Assembly (NCBI GenBank): GCA_013239625.1
Contig: MU053645.1
Coordinates: 62,001-126,000, forward strand
Reading direction: 5' to 3'
DNA length: 64,000 nt
Source: Lama guanicoe
Lineage: Eukaryota
Under the pieces are notes generated by a model that searched no databases, was not told where the DNA came from, and was given only the letters and a program-made list of their open reading frames with translations. Positions 1-14,869 of the stretch are shown piece after piece. Both the position numbers and the translations under genes were made by a program. Numbering within the stretch: position 1 is the first letter of the stretch; each line of letters starts with the position of its first letter.

Positions 1-752
1 AGCTTTTGATAAAAGCTGACACAGATTCATGATGAAAACTCAGAACAAGGTAGGAATGGAGGGGAACTTCCTAAGCTTGATAAACAATATCTACAGAAAA
101 CCAACGACTAACATAACACTTAATGATAAGAAAGTAGATGCTTTCCTCCTTAAGTTGAGGAACAAAGCAAGACGGCCACTTTCACTATGCCTTTTCAACA
201 TTGTACTGAGAATCCTAGTTAATGCAATTAGATAACAAAAGAGAATAAAGGAATACAGATTGGAAAGGAAGAAATAAAACTCTCTTTGTTCATAGATGAC
301 ATCATTATCAATGAAGAAAATCCCAAAAGAATCAACAAAGATGTCCGGGAATTGGTAGACATTTATGCAAAGTTGTAGGATAGAAGGGTAATATACAGAA
401 GTCGATTGCTTTCCTATACGTCAGCAATGAACAACTGGAAATTAAAATTAAAAACACATCACCATTTATATTAGTACAAAAATGAAATACTTAAGCATGC
501 ATTTTATAAAATATGTATAAGATCTTTATGAGGAAAATTATAAAATTTTCACAAAAGAAATAAAAAATTTAAATAGGTATTTCATGTGCATGAGTAGAAG
601 ACTCATATTGTTAAGATATCAGGTCTTCCCTACTTGATCTATAGACTCAACACAATCCCAATCAAAATTCCAGCAAATTATTTTATGGATAAAGAAAACA
701 CTGATTCTGAAAGTAATAGGGACAGGCAAAAGGCCCAGAATAGCCAACAGAA
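1..752 (+). mobile_element. Old LINE-1 ORF2 fragment
   Basis: Degenerate RT-region peptide (MEGNFLSLINNIYRKPTTNITLN...LFNIVLRILVNAIR). Confidence 0.9.
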
Positions 753-759
753 TGTCCCA

Positions 760-2480
760 TTATTTTCCTTTTTCTTGACTAATTGCTCTGGTTAGAACTT
801 CCAGAATAAAATTTCAAAGAAATGGTGAAAGCAGTCATTCTTGTCTGGTTTCTGATCTCAGAGGGAAAGATTTCAGTCTTTCATCAGTATATGTGATACT
901 AGGTGTGGATTTTTCTTAGAAGCCATTTATCAGGTTGAGGGAGTTCCTTACTATTCTGAGATTGTTGAGTGTTTTTTTCTGTATCAGCAGAAATGATCAT
1001 GTGGGGTTTTCCTTTATTCTATTAACATGGTGTGTTACATTGTTTGATTTTTGTATGATAAATAACCCTTGAATTCCTGGGACAAATTCCACTTGGTCAT
1101 AGCATCTAATCTTTTAAATTTACTGTTGTATTCAGCTTGCTGGTATTTTGTTGAGGATTTTTGCATCTATATTCATGGGGATATTAATCTGTAGTTTTCA
1201 TGTGTGGTTTTTGTCTGCCATTAAGAACAGGGTAATGCTGGCCTCAAAATGAGTAAGGAAGAATTCCCTCCTCCTCTATGTTTTTCAAAGTTTCTTAGAA
1301 GGATAAATGTCCATTATTCTTTAAAAGTTTGGTAGGATTCACCAGTGAAGACTTACTTGAGAGACTTTTCTTACTTGAGTGGTTTTTGATTACTGATTTA
1401 ACCTCTTTATTTATCACAGAACTATTCACATTTTCCATTTTTCCTGAATCAGTTTTGATAGTTTGTATATTTCTAGGAATTTGTCCATTTCATAAACCAT
1501 AATTTGTTGACATCCAATCATCATAGTATTCTTATTACCCTTCTGATTTCTGTAAGTTCAGTAGTAATATACTCACTTTTATTTCTGGTTTCAGTGATTA
1601 TTATCCTCTCTCTATTTTTCTTACTCAGTCTACATAAAATTTTTTCAATTTTGTTGATCTTTTTGAAGAACCAATTTTCATTTTGTTCATTCTTTCTATT
1701 GTTCTTCTATTCTCTATTTTATGTTTCTTCTGTAAGCTTTATTTTGTTTCTTTTGCTAGCCTTGCATTTAGTTTGCTCTTCTATTTATGTTCTTTAAGGC
1801 ATGAAGTTAGATTATTGATTTCATACCTTTCTTTTTATTATAGGCAATTGTGACCATAATTTTCTCTCTGAGCCCTGCATGAGTTGCATTCCATAATTTT
1901 GATATATTGTGTTTTTATTTTCAGTCATCTCAAGTTATTTTTTAAATTTCTCTTGTGTTTTCTTCTTTGATCCACTGGGTGTTTAAGTATGTGTTGTATA
2001 ATTTCACATATTTGTGTATTTTCAAATTTTCCTTCTGTTATTGATTTCTAGTTATATTCTTTTGTGGTCAGAAAATACTTTGTGTGATTTAAATCTTTTT
2101 ACATTTACCGAGTATTGTTTTGTTGTCTAACAAATGGTTTACCTTGGATCCATGTGCAGTTGAGATGAATGTGTGTTCTGCTGTTGTATAGTGGAGTGTT
2201 CTGTATGTATCTGTTATGTTTGGTTGGTTTATAGTGTTGTTCAACTCTTCTATTTCTTCTTTGATAATTTCTGTAGTTCTATCCATTATTTTAAGTGGGA
2301 TATACAAGATTACATCTATTGTTGTAGAATCGATTTCTCCCTTAAATTCTGTCAATTTTTGCTTCATATATTTTGGGGGTTTGTTGTTACCCGTGTATGT
2401 GTTTTAACTGTTATATATTCTGGATTACCTGACCCTTTTATCAATATATAATGTCCTTCTTTGTATCTTGTAATTAAAAC
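760..2480 (-). mobile_element. Old LINE-1 ORF2 fragment (endonuclease to RT region)
   Basis: ORF 2089-2367 resembles L1 endonuclease (EELNNTINQ..TDTYRTLH..AEHTF.STAHG); T-rich antisense L1 sequence. Confidence 0.9.
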
Positions 2481-3439
2481 AAAATCCAGTATTAGTATGG
2501 CTAACCAGCTCTCTTTTGGTTATCCTTCTCAGGCTTTTTTTTCCTGCTGTTGTATATTGTAGTTGTTTGCTTGGTGAATTTTCTAATTTTTCTATTTTTG
2601 TAAAGAGTGTATTCTTTGTTGCGTGTGGTCACTGAAGTCTCTGGTCCATTAGCTTAGTGGCCAGCTAGTGATTTGACAGAGATTTCCTTAAAAGCTTGGA
2701 GTCAATTTAAAAAAGAGGAAAGCAGAAGAAGAAGAAAACGAAAGGAAAGAAGGGAAGGAACAAAACAGAAACAAACAAACAAATCTCCCCTGGTCTTTGT
2801 ACATTCGCTCTGTTGTGGGGCGCTTTCAATGCTTAGATAGGCCATTAAAAACTCAGCCTTAGGTTTTACTTCCTGCTTATATTGAGTCTTAAGATCAATC
2901 AGAGGTCAAAGCTTGGGCCTTCTCAGGTCTTTTGTGAGTATGCATTTAGTCTTGGGTAGGCATGTGTCTTTCCAGAGTCCCCAATATAAACAAAAGCATT
3001 TCAAACCCTTTATTCTTCCATGTATCTCCTTCCCTAGCTTCTTCCTTGCAAGACTTCAGATTATCTGCTTCCTGCCTTGTCTGTTATTCTTTTCCCCAGA
3101 TGGTGGCTTGTGTGTGCCTTTACATGCTTTTGACAAATGCTATCAGGGAGCTACTCCAACCTTGAGGAAGTTCTGAGGGATGCAAAACAAAGGCAAACCC
3201 TGAACAATCCCTCAGGGAGCTGCTGGACTGGCCACAATACATAACAACATTTCTCTGAAAACAAGGTTCATGTTACTCATCTAGCATTAGCAAGCCATAC
3301 CAGGTATATGGGCTGTCATCCCCATGGACACCTTTGAGATGGTGAGTGGCAGATGATAGACAGGTAAATTAAAATGCCTCAACACTCTCTTACCAAAAAT
3401 TATCAACTACTTTCTTCCTTAAGGACTCCCTAGATTGTT

Positions 3440-3880
3440 GTATTTTTTAAATTGTGGTTTAAGAAAACCCCATATAATATAAAAGTTATCATCATAAATT
3501 TTATGTTACAGTTCAGCAGTGTTAAGTATATTCACATCGTTGTGAAACAGATCTCCAGAACTTTATATCTTGCCAAACTGAAACTCTGTGTCTATTAAAC
3601 AATAATTTCCCTTTTCCTCCCTTCCTAGCTACTGGTAACTCCCATTCTACTTCTGTTTCTATGAACTTGACTATTTTAAATACCTAATGGAAGTGGAATC
3701 ATACAGTATTTATCTTTTGTGACCAGCTTATTTCACTTAGCATAGTATCTTCAAGGTTTGTTGTGGTAACCTGTGATAGGATTTCCTTCAGTTTTAAGGC
3801 TGAATAATAGTCCATTGTATGTATATACCATACTTTGTTTATCCATTCATCTGGCAGTGGACATTTGGGTTGCTGTTGCT
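3440..3880 (-). mobile_element. LINE-1 3' end fragment
   Basis: Typical antisense L1 3'UTR (gtggaatcatacagtatttatc...ttatttcacttagcat...tccattgtatgtatatacca). Confidence 0.85.
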
Positions 3881-4494
3881 CCTTTTTTGATTATATTCCA
3901 GAGTTTCAAAAAAGTTGATTCTGACAGTTTTTGAAAGCTTATTTGTTGGTTCAGTAGATTGAAAGATTCCTGGACTTCTCTACAATTTCAGCAATGCCAC
4001 TGAATAAATATTTTTTAAAAATTCTGTATCACACATTGAAATCAACATTGAAAATGCATATCACATATTACAATTTTTGTTTGCAATGATTTTGTCTGAA
4101 CATCTGTCCTCCTCTTAAAACTAACTAATGAAGTAAAAGTTCACCCACATTGAATAGGAAACGCGATGTATTTTTTTTATTATATTTTTATTAAATTTTT
4201 ATTAAAGGAGCGTCTGTAAAATCAGGGAGATATTAATAAAGTGGTTTCATTCTTCCCATAAATTCAGCTACAGTAGTCACTACTGTTAAGAAATATATAA
4301 ATGATATTACATGTGAGTTGTAGTGACCTACCTTAAGAGTTACAAATGCAGTCAAGTCTAGGTTGAGCTTTTAGTGTTTACTTTCACATCAAGTTTTTAA
4401 AATAGTTTTTCTAACATTTACTTAAAAAAAAGTCATTTCAAGTCAAGATAAACAGTTAATTGGCTTCAGATTTTAACTTTTAATTTGTGTATGC

Positions 4495-5550
4495 AAGCAT
4501 ACTTCATTTTATTGTACTTCACTTTATTGTGTTTCATAGATATTGTGGTTTTTTTCAATTGAAGTATAATTGATTTACAATATTGTTAGTCTCAGGGGAA
4601 CAGCATAGTGATTCAGTTTTTTGCAGATTATATTCCATTGTAGATTATTACAAGGTATTGGTATAATTCCCTATGCTATACAGTAATTCTTGTTGCTTAT
4701 CTATTTTATGTATAGTAGTTTGTATCTGTTAATCTCATACTCCTAATTTATCTCTTCCTTCTTTTATAACCATGAGTTTGTTTTCTATGTCGGAGTCTGT
4801 TTTTGTTTTGTATATACATTCATTTGTGTTATTTATTATATTCCACAAATAAGTGATATCATAATATTTGTCTTTCTCTGTCTGGCTTATTTCACTAAGC
4901 ATAATATTCCATTTGCAGCAATATGGATGGACCTAGGGAATATTATGCTTAGTGAAATAAGTCAGAGAGAGAAAAACAAATACTATATGATAGTGCTTAT
5001 TTTTTTTTTTTTTTTACAAATTGAAGGTTGTGGCAACCCTGTGTCCAGCAGGTCTATTGGCACCATTTTTCCAGCAGCATTTGCTCACTCTGTGTCTCTC
5101 TGTCACATTTTGGTAATTCTCGCAGTATTTCAAAATTTTTCATTTTTATTATATTATTTTGGTGATCTGTGATCATTGATCATTGATGTTACTATTGTAG
5201 GTGTTTTAGGACTCCACGAACCGTGCTCATGTAAGATGGCAATCTTAATACATCTGTGTATTCTCACTGTTCCACCAATTGGCTGTTGCCCCATCTCACT
5301 CCGTTTCCTGGTGCCTCCCCATTCCCTGAGATACAATATTGAAACTAGGCTAATCAATAATTCTACAATGGCCTCTAAGTGCTCAAGTGAAAGGAAGAGT
5401 AGCAAGCCTCTCACTTTAAATCAAAAGCTAGAAATGATTAAACTTAGTGAGGATGTATTTGTTGAAAGAAGAGATAGGCTGAAAGCTAGGCCTTTTGTGC
5501 CAAACATTAGCCAAGTTGTGAAATCAAAGGAAACATTCTTGAAGGAAATG
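4495..5550 (+). mobile_element. Tigger1 (TcMar/pogo) 5' part, interrupted by L1 at ~4555-5000
   Basis: Tigger1-like 5' end (catacttcattttattgtacttcactttattg; tacaaattgaaggttgtggcaaccctg) and transposase N-terminus MASKCSSERKS..LTLNQKLEMIKLSE, then frameshifted. Confidence 0.9.
4555..5000. mobile_element. L1 3' end with fold-back inversion, inserted in Tigger1
   Basis: Antisense L1 3'UTR 4555-4910 followed by a sense piece 4909-5000. Confidence 0.8.
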
Positions 5551-6489
5551 ACAATATACATGATATCCAGGAGGAATCAGGTGCCCTTCCTTTACCCCAG
5601 ACTATACACCCAGGAACTCACAAATATGAGGAAGGCTTGAGAGCTCTGGTTTTCAAATACAGGTAGTTAGTCTATGAGGTTAAGAAAGATTTCTCATTAT
5701 TGTGATGAAGAAGTGCACCCTAGTCATTTTAGAAATTAGATTGTCATCTGGCTCACCTAAATCCTCAGAGCAGAGTTTTAAACCACACATTGCTTGGTCT
5801 CTTGATTCACAATTATATGAATAAATGAATGAATGAATGAGGTAGTAAAGAAAGTATTAGAACCAAGAGATAGAGATGGCTCCACTGAGAAAACTGAAGG
5901 TGAGTAATATACTAGAATCAAAGGGACACAATATTATAGACTAAATACAGTGTGTCTTCCCAGGGTATAAGGTCCACATATAGTGTGCTGATGGTGTGTT
6001 GTCAAATGGTCCTTAGGCGCATGAGGATCGTGAGGAAACTATGTGGATGGGTAAAGGCTGTATGCTCGAAGAGTCTTGGTCTTAGGCAGGAGGCAGGGTC
6101 TGGAGAAAGTTCTGTGGAATCTGAAGCTTAGACATTTTGGAAGGCTTTCTTTTAAAATGACACGAAATCAATCATGAAAGTGAACGTTTATTTAGAATGA
6201 TAAGATAATGTATAACAAGCATTAAAATGATGACAACTACAATAAGCCAAAATTCCAAACAAACCATACATGTGTATGTGTATTATCTATATTAACACAG
6301 AAACACCACTTATGTAGCTGCACAATCTGAAGTCTGATGAAGTGAACATCCAAGGCGAAAGATAGAGCAGTTTTATTGAAAATCAAAACATAGAACTTTT
6401 GTAAATTTTACATAAACACGTGGCCACGTGAACACATAACAAAAGCCCAAGAGTGACAGCTGTCTCACTCTAGGAGTAAAAATGCAGAC

Positions 6490-7817
6490 AGGTTCACGTT
6501 AAGCCTTTAACGTTTATTTTTACATCAAGTTTTTAGAATAAAATAGCTCTCTTTATATTTATTCTCACCAAAGTCTTATTTCAAGTTAGAATAAGCAGTT
6601 AACTGGCTTCAAACTTTAACTTGCAGTTGTGTATTTTTAAACGTATCAGGATAATTATCATATTTGGCCAAATAGAGACTTTTTCTGTGACCCATTTCCA
6701 AATTCACAGATTCTGGTCCATCTACTCTTTCTAGTAGTCTGGAATGATTTACCAGTTGGAATATATATTATTGGAAGCAATTGGAACTACCATATGAATA
6801 AGCCACATGATAAAAATTGCCTGGTTTGAAACAAGTGACCATGTAATTGGAGATACAAGACTCAGAACAAAGTGCTTGCATTTTCCACAGTTTATATCAA
6901 ACTGGATGGGCTCTTAAGTGGTCAGCCTGGACTTATACATTGAGAGTAGCCAGACCACGAATACAACGATTCTAGCTGCCTTCCACATGTGGTCAGAAGG
7001 CTATATTAAGATACCGCCACTGTTAGTTATGAAGACAGCCAAAAGCCTGTCTGTTTTAAGGAACCATTTAGCTATTGAATAATAGACACTCCCACAAATG
7101 GAATTTCAGGGAGGTGTAGAACGAACAATCCTGTTCAAGGCTGCCAAAATTATTTTCTGCATGCTGAGATGTTACTCACACACACATAGACTGCATGCAG
7201 GTCGTTCAGTTACTTTATTTTTGAATTCCGGATTGTTTTCTTGCAAAAAGTAATTGCAGCTAGTTATAATATATAGCAAAGCGTCTCTATCTTTGGTTCT
7301 ATATGTCAGAGATATCTTTTCCAAAAATAAATAAGCATGGCAGGAAAAATAATTCGGCTATCTTAAGAGAAAACCCAATATTTTATAAAAATTAAGCAAA
7401 AATATATAATTGACACTTTTTAACTTTTTCTAATTATCTTGCTTAGTATCTAAAACCAGTGCAATTTTAATATTAAAATGATTGTGCACACTGTATTTAA
7501 CTATACAGCATAGACACAAAAATGTCAAAAAACAAAATAGTACTTTCCCTTATGAATCATTTAGGAATTATGCATTCTAAAAATGTATGGGAAAGTAGAA
7601 CTGCTGAAATATGTTAATAAATTGAAGAAGTGTAAGAAAAGGAAATGAAGATGTAGCAATACTCAAAGATTCTAGAGATTGCAAAAAAAAAAAGTGAACA
7701 CATCACTCGAAGTCTCCCATTTCTGGAAAATATTTTTATGTTAGAATCATTCGGAGATTTTTCTTTTTAAACTAGTATCTGTGGAAGCTTCCTGTTACGG
7801 CTGGAGTCTGAGAAGGT
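6490..7817 (-). other. PWWP3B: Probable PWWP3B 3'UTR
   Basis: AT-rich sequence without recognisable repeats following the stop codon, ending near minus-strand AATAAA hexamers. Confidence 0.6.
6513..6563 (-). terminator. Candidate polyadenylation signals (AATAAA at 6518-6513 and 6563-6558)
   Basis: tttatt on plus strand about 1.3 kb downstream of the stop; the site actually used cannot be determined. Confidence 0.45.
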
Positions 7818-10128
<2,311 letters not shown>

Positions 10129-10467
10129 CTAAAATAGGGAAAAGGAAAAGGAGAAAAGTATAAGCAAATAAAATTATTTTGCCAAAGGAGATGAGCAACT
10201 GCAAATAGAGAACAGACAGAAGGAAGGACAATGCTCAGTGGGGCATCAGATGGAGGAGAAAAATGCAGCATAATATAAGGTGGGAGTTAAGAATTGGAGA
10301 AGTGTTTTTATAATACCTCAAGCTCAAGAACTTGCCCTAATTATTGCAAGGAGTGACTATATGTGCATGACGGCAAAGGTGGGAGAGACTATGGTGGTGT
10401 GTCAGGAACTCTATTTAATGTTATTAGATACTTTGGGACTTTTGTGCCCCTAATGTTATCCCTAGGG

Positions 10468-10649
10468 CAGTGGGACTCTAAACTTAGCGTACATCAGAAT
10501 CATCTGGAGGAACTGTTAAAACTACATTTCTAGGCCCTATCCTGAGAATTTTATTCAGAAGGTCTGGATAGGATCCAACACTTTGTATTTTATAATAAGT
10601 GATCAAGTGATGGTAAGGCTACCTGTCCAAGAACTCTTTGGAAGCACTG
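10468..10649. mobile_element. MER5A-like hAT-Charlie MITE
   Basis: cagtg...cactg termini, catcagaatcatctggagg core, ctag-centred target on both sides. Confidence 0.8.
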
Positions 10650-11164
10650 TTCTAGCTGAACACACAGCTTTATAATTCTTCAGCTGTAAATGCTTCCCGG
10701 TCCACCCAAAGCAGGTGGACAAAGATAATAGGGTCTGTATCTCCTGACCCCAGACCACAACACAATGACCTTGTTAATAGCATGAGCTTAGAAGGCAGAG
10801 ATTCAGAATGGCTGCTAGGTTCACATATTGGACTGGATAATTATCACGGATTTCTTAAGAGTCAGGTAGCTGGCTAGGACCTCAGGTAGAAATGTGAATA
10901 GTCTCTCCCATGATTTCTTCATAGTGGTTTAACACATGAAATTCTTTTCCCAAAGCAGAAGTTATTACTTCTAATTATAAAACATTATGGCTACAGAACA
11001 GGGAGCAAAATGAATTGTATCTCAAATTCTCAACCTAAAATGATTTTAAAATGAAATGTGGTTTTTAAATTTAAAAATGCAGAGAAAGAAGCAAAATAAA
11101 TTATATCCCAAGTTCTCAATATGTTTTTAATTTGAAATATTTTGTGAAATGGGAAGAGCCTTAC

Positions 11165-11229
11165 CTGATGTAGAGTCTAGCCCTGTGATCCGGTTGTCTT
11201 GATTCTCACTCCAGAAGGAGACAGGCTGC
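11165..11229 (-). other. PWWP3B: Putative 65-nt 5'UTR exon ('exon B', cassette copy 1)
   Basis: Minus strand acceptor ccctgtctccttttag|G and donor CAG|gtaagg. Confidence 0.65.
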
Positions 11230-11669
11230 CTAAAAGGAGACAGGGAATCAAATGAATTTCATGGACAAGGCATACAGAAATTTTTCTACTAAAACTTTAG
11301 AAGGAATGTCATTCTGAAACACAGGAATGAAATGAAAACTCATCTGTGATGTAGATAAGATGTTTATTGTCCTCCTTATTCTTATTATTTTAAATGATCT
11401 CTGTGTAATACAGTTATGCTATTTGGTCCATGCTTAAATCATCTTTCTCAGGAAAAGTGTGCAATAAGGTCAAGAGAGCAGGGAAGTAACAACTGCCTTG
11501 TGTCTACTATGAGCCAGACTATAGATTCTGTTTGAATCTTCAAATCAATCGCCATGTGAATTTTCCCTCCTTTACACATCTACTTTTTCAACAGAAATTT
11601 AATCACACTCTACATGCTGTCTCACAGTCCGCTAATACAAAATACGTTTCACTGCTTTCTTGGTCTACT

Positions 11670-11830
11670 TCATAAAAATGGTTGCCTGGAGAAAGTTTAG
11701 GAAAGCGCCATCTTGTGACTAGAACCAGAACTGCAGCCTCCTCAGAAGCTATTTGCAAAGCCTCAATCACTAATATATTTTTCTTCTGAGAGAAGGGTGG
11801 GGACTACATTTAGCCAGTCAGGAGCCTTCC
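11670..11830 (-). promoter_or_regulatory. YY1 site (CAAGATGGCG) plus GGACTACA motif, copy 1
   Basis: gcgccatcttg at 11705-11715 and gggactaca at ~11800; YY1 core retained in copies 2 and 3. Confidence 0.5.
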
Positions 11831-12629
11831 CAGGCTTCTAGAACTTTCTAAGTTCAAGGGTTTTGTGTAGAATGATAAGAGGATCTTAATGTCTTCAACT
11901 ACAATGTTTCTGGTTATAAAATATCCAGAGCTTATTAAAAATTGAAAAGATGCAGAAAGATACATGGTAAACTAAGTACAACTATATACAAATAATCACT
12001 ATGAATATTTTCTATCTTTCCAAAATCTTTTTACATGTATAGACAAATGAATATCATTTCAAAACAACATCAGATCTCAATTAAGAGCATAGTTTGAACA
12101 TCATCCTACATAAGTATTTTCCACATGATTTATGAATTACTTTAAATGAGGTTTTCCTCACATTTGAAACAAAATATCGCAATATTTTCCCTGATGATGT
12201 AAGATAAGTAAATTAATAAGTATATATTCATAGTTCAAAAAATAGACAGCAGTAAAGCTAGTCCTGTTTCTCCAACTACACAAATAATCTTGTTAAAAGT
12301 GTGGCAGATATGTTTTCCCAGATTTGGCTGCATTAATTATAGTAGCATATATATGTCCTGCTAACACATATATTTATTTTTAAGTGAGATTATATGACCA
12401 ATGCTATGCTGCAATTTACTTTTTTTCACTTTACTTCGCAGACATTTCAAATCACTACATGTAGGGGTTCATGTGTTTATTTTCCAGATACATAGTATTG
12501 CACTGTATGGATGCACTATGCTATACAATATTGTTAAAGCTGCTAATAGAAATAAACCAGATCCTCTCTCTGTCTCATTCTTAAACTTAAAAGACAGAGA
12601 AAAATGGTTATTGCTGCCCACAGCCATAC

Positions 12630-12800
12630 CTGTGGTCTTACAGGACGAGTTGGAAGGAGGACAAACATAGGGCCGTAGCCATAGCACAGCAACGAGGCTA
12701 CGCTGTTGATCAGGTCCAGGAAAATTTCCACTATCGGCAAAAGACTGGGAGCAGGGGTATGTCTGCATGTGTGTGTGTGTCTATGAATGCTTATGTGTTT
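12630..12800 (-). other. Putative 5'UTR 'exon C', copy 1 (donor intact, homologous acceptor mutated)
   Basis: CAG|gtatgg donor at 12629-12624; highly similar to 26945-27113. Confidence 0.4.
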
Positions 12801-13483
12801 GAAACAAATTGGGTATATTGTTTTAGCTTTGTTTTCTTTTACGATTATAAAATTAATCATGGGGAAATCTCCTCTAAAGATACTGACACAGGCTAAGAAA
12901 TAATATTAAAATAGTTACTTGACCATCCAGAAATGCTGACTAACATGGGAGTTTATTTTTTCCCATATTTTTTCTAATTAAACACATATACATGCATATA
13001 TATGTGCAAGTGTCTTCACTCAAATACATATATGTTCCCCTTTCCATGCTCATGTACAGGTGACACAGACACAGTCTTTCTATATGTAAATCAATGTATA
13101 GAAGTATTTCCCCCCATGCTGTCATATATTTTTATCCATCATTTTCTGTGCAAATTAATAAATGCTTAAAAATTCAAACAGTAATAGAATATCTAGCAAT
13201 ATAAACATGGAATGCCAAGTCAATAAATTAGTATGAACAGCCATGCTTCACTGAAGTCTTAATATAGAGGCTGTAATCTGATCACCCCTTCTCCCACTGT
13301 GGACTTTTAAAGCATTGGGAGTTACAAAAATTCCAAAGGATTAATTCTTTCAAAATGCCAGCAGTTCTCTCAAAACTACACACTCTTCGCAGCCCTCTAA
13401 GACCACTGTCCCTACTTTTCACATCTTTACTCTAGGGTCCTGAGAAATCCCTATAAAATAACTAGATTTAAGACAGCCATTAC

Positions 13484-13600
13484 CTTGAAGCTTCTTGTCA
13501 GCTGCAGCCTGGTGAAATGCAGCTCCTCCCCCAAGACTGGCCTGGCACAGCTCACTCCCAAGCTTCTCAGAGGATGCTCCGCCCCCTCCCTGTGATGGAG
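13484..13600 (-). promoter_or_regulatory. PWWP3B: Promoter and first exon, copy 1 (GC box at 13577-13590, donor AAG|gtaatg)
   Basis: GGGAGGGGGCGGAG Sp/KLF box about 95 nt upstream of a splice donor on the minus strand; local GC enrichment; present three times. Confidence 0.65.
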
Positions 13601-14869
13601 AAGACAAACGGCCCTTCCCTGAATTAGAGGAGGAAGAACTGCTAAGTTAAGCTGCTGAAGTGTTGAAGGGTAAAAATGTTCCTTTTAAAAGAACTTTAAA
13701 GTGAACTGGCAACAAGTGTCTGTTTAGTTTCCCTTAGGGTGATGCGTTATTGAAAAAAGAGGTAGCAAATCACTTTATTTTTTAAAAATCTAAACTATTT
13801 TATATTTTTTCCTTGCCTTCTCTGCACCTTAACTCGGCAGGTAAATTTAAAACCCAGCTGGTCATGCTTCATGAAAATAGTTCACTAAGGATCTTGATTG
13901 GGACTGCACTACAACTGTACATTATTTTAGGGAGAATGACTTCTCTATAATTTTTTTCCTGTTTCCAGGACACAGTATGTCTCTGGTATGTCTTGCCTTT
14001 TATTCAGTTCCTCTGTTAAATGCTTCAGAAAGTTCCAGAGACTTCTTTATCAACATGGATATTTCTGACCAGAGGCTTAAAATAAGTGGTTCGGCAAGAA
14101 AGTACCCATTTCTTATGCCCTCATCAATAACCGGCAATTCTTTCTTATATTTTATTGGTATTTTTCACTCACACAATTCAATGTGGGAAAAATTAATTTT
14201 AAAAAATACACATATTTGTATGTCTGAAATATATTTTGCCCATTTTGTTCATTAAAATTCTTTTGCGTTAAATTAAAATTCAGATTTCTGATTTAACTTA
14301 GCCAGTTTTAAACATCGCTAGTGATAGTTTTGGGAATGAAGATATTTAGGAATGAAATGTTTTATTTGGCCACTATATTATATAATATGTAAGATATATA
14401 TAAAGTATATTTATATATAAATATTTAAACATAAATTCTATTTTATATATAAATTTATTTATAAAATAAAAAAATGTTGTTTTTTATTATAGCAGAAAAA
14501 GGAAACTGATACATTGGCCAAAGAGAATGACTATCTGCTCCTGATTAATTCAGAACCTGATTCAACATCTAGAAATACACATACTTAACAAATGTTCGTT
14601 GAACTGACAGCATCCAATGTGTAATTCAGTTTAAAATCCAAAACGTGAGATGCAAAGAGACATGAAGATACTATGGGTTGTGAAGACCTCAGTGCTAGGG
14701 TCCTCGCAAACCTAGGATGGTGTTGGGCATCCCTCCACCAAAGCAGCCAAAGCCTTAGTTTTCAGTGGCTGGTGAGTATCTCCAGTAACTTCTACTTTAT
14801 TCTTTTTTTGGGGGGAAGATTAGAAAACACCTTTATTAGTCTTGATTAGGTACTATGGAAACAATTTTA

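Noticed and set aside
5176..5640. 154-aa ORF with a TIGD1-like segment as a domesticated transposase
   Set aside because: Only a short Tigger1 transposase N-terminus, frameshifted and truncated
12401..12860. Overlapping ORFs here and at 26808-27133
   Set aside because: Reading frames and lengths differ between the two copies; no coding signature
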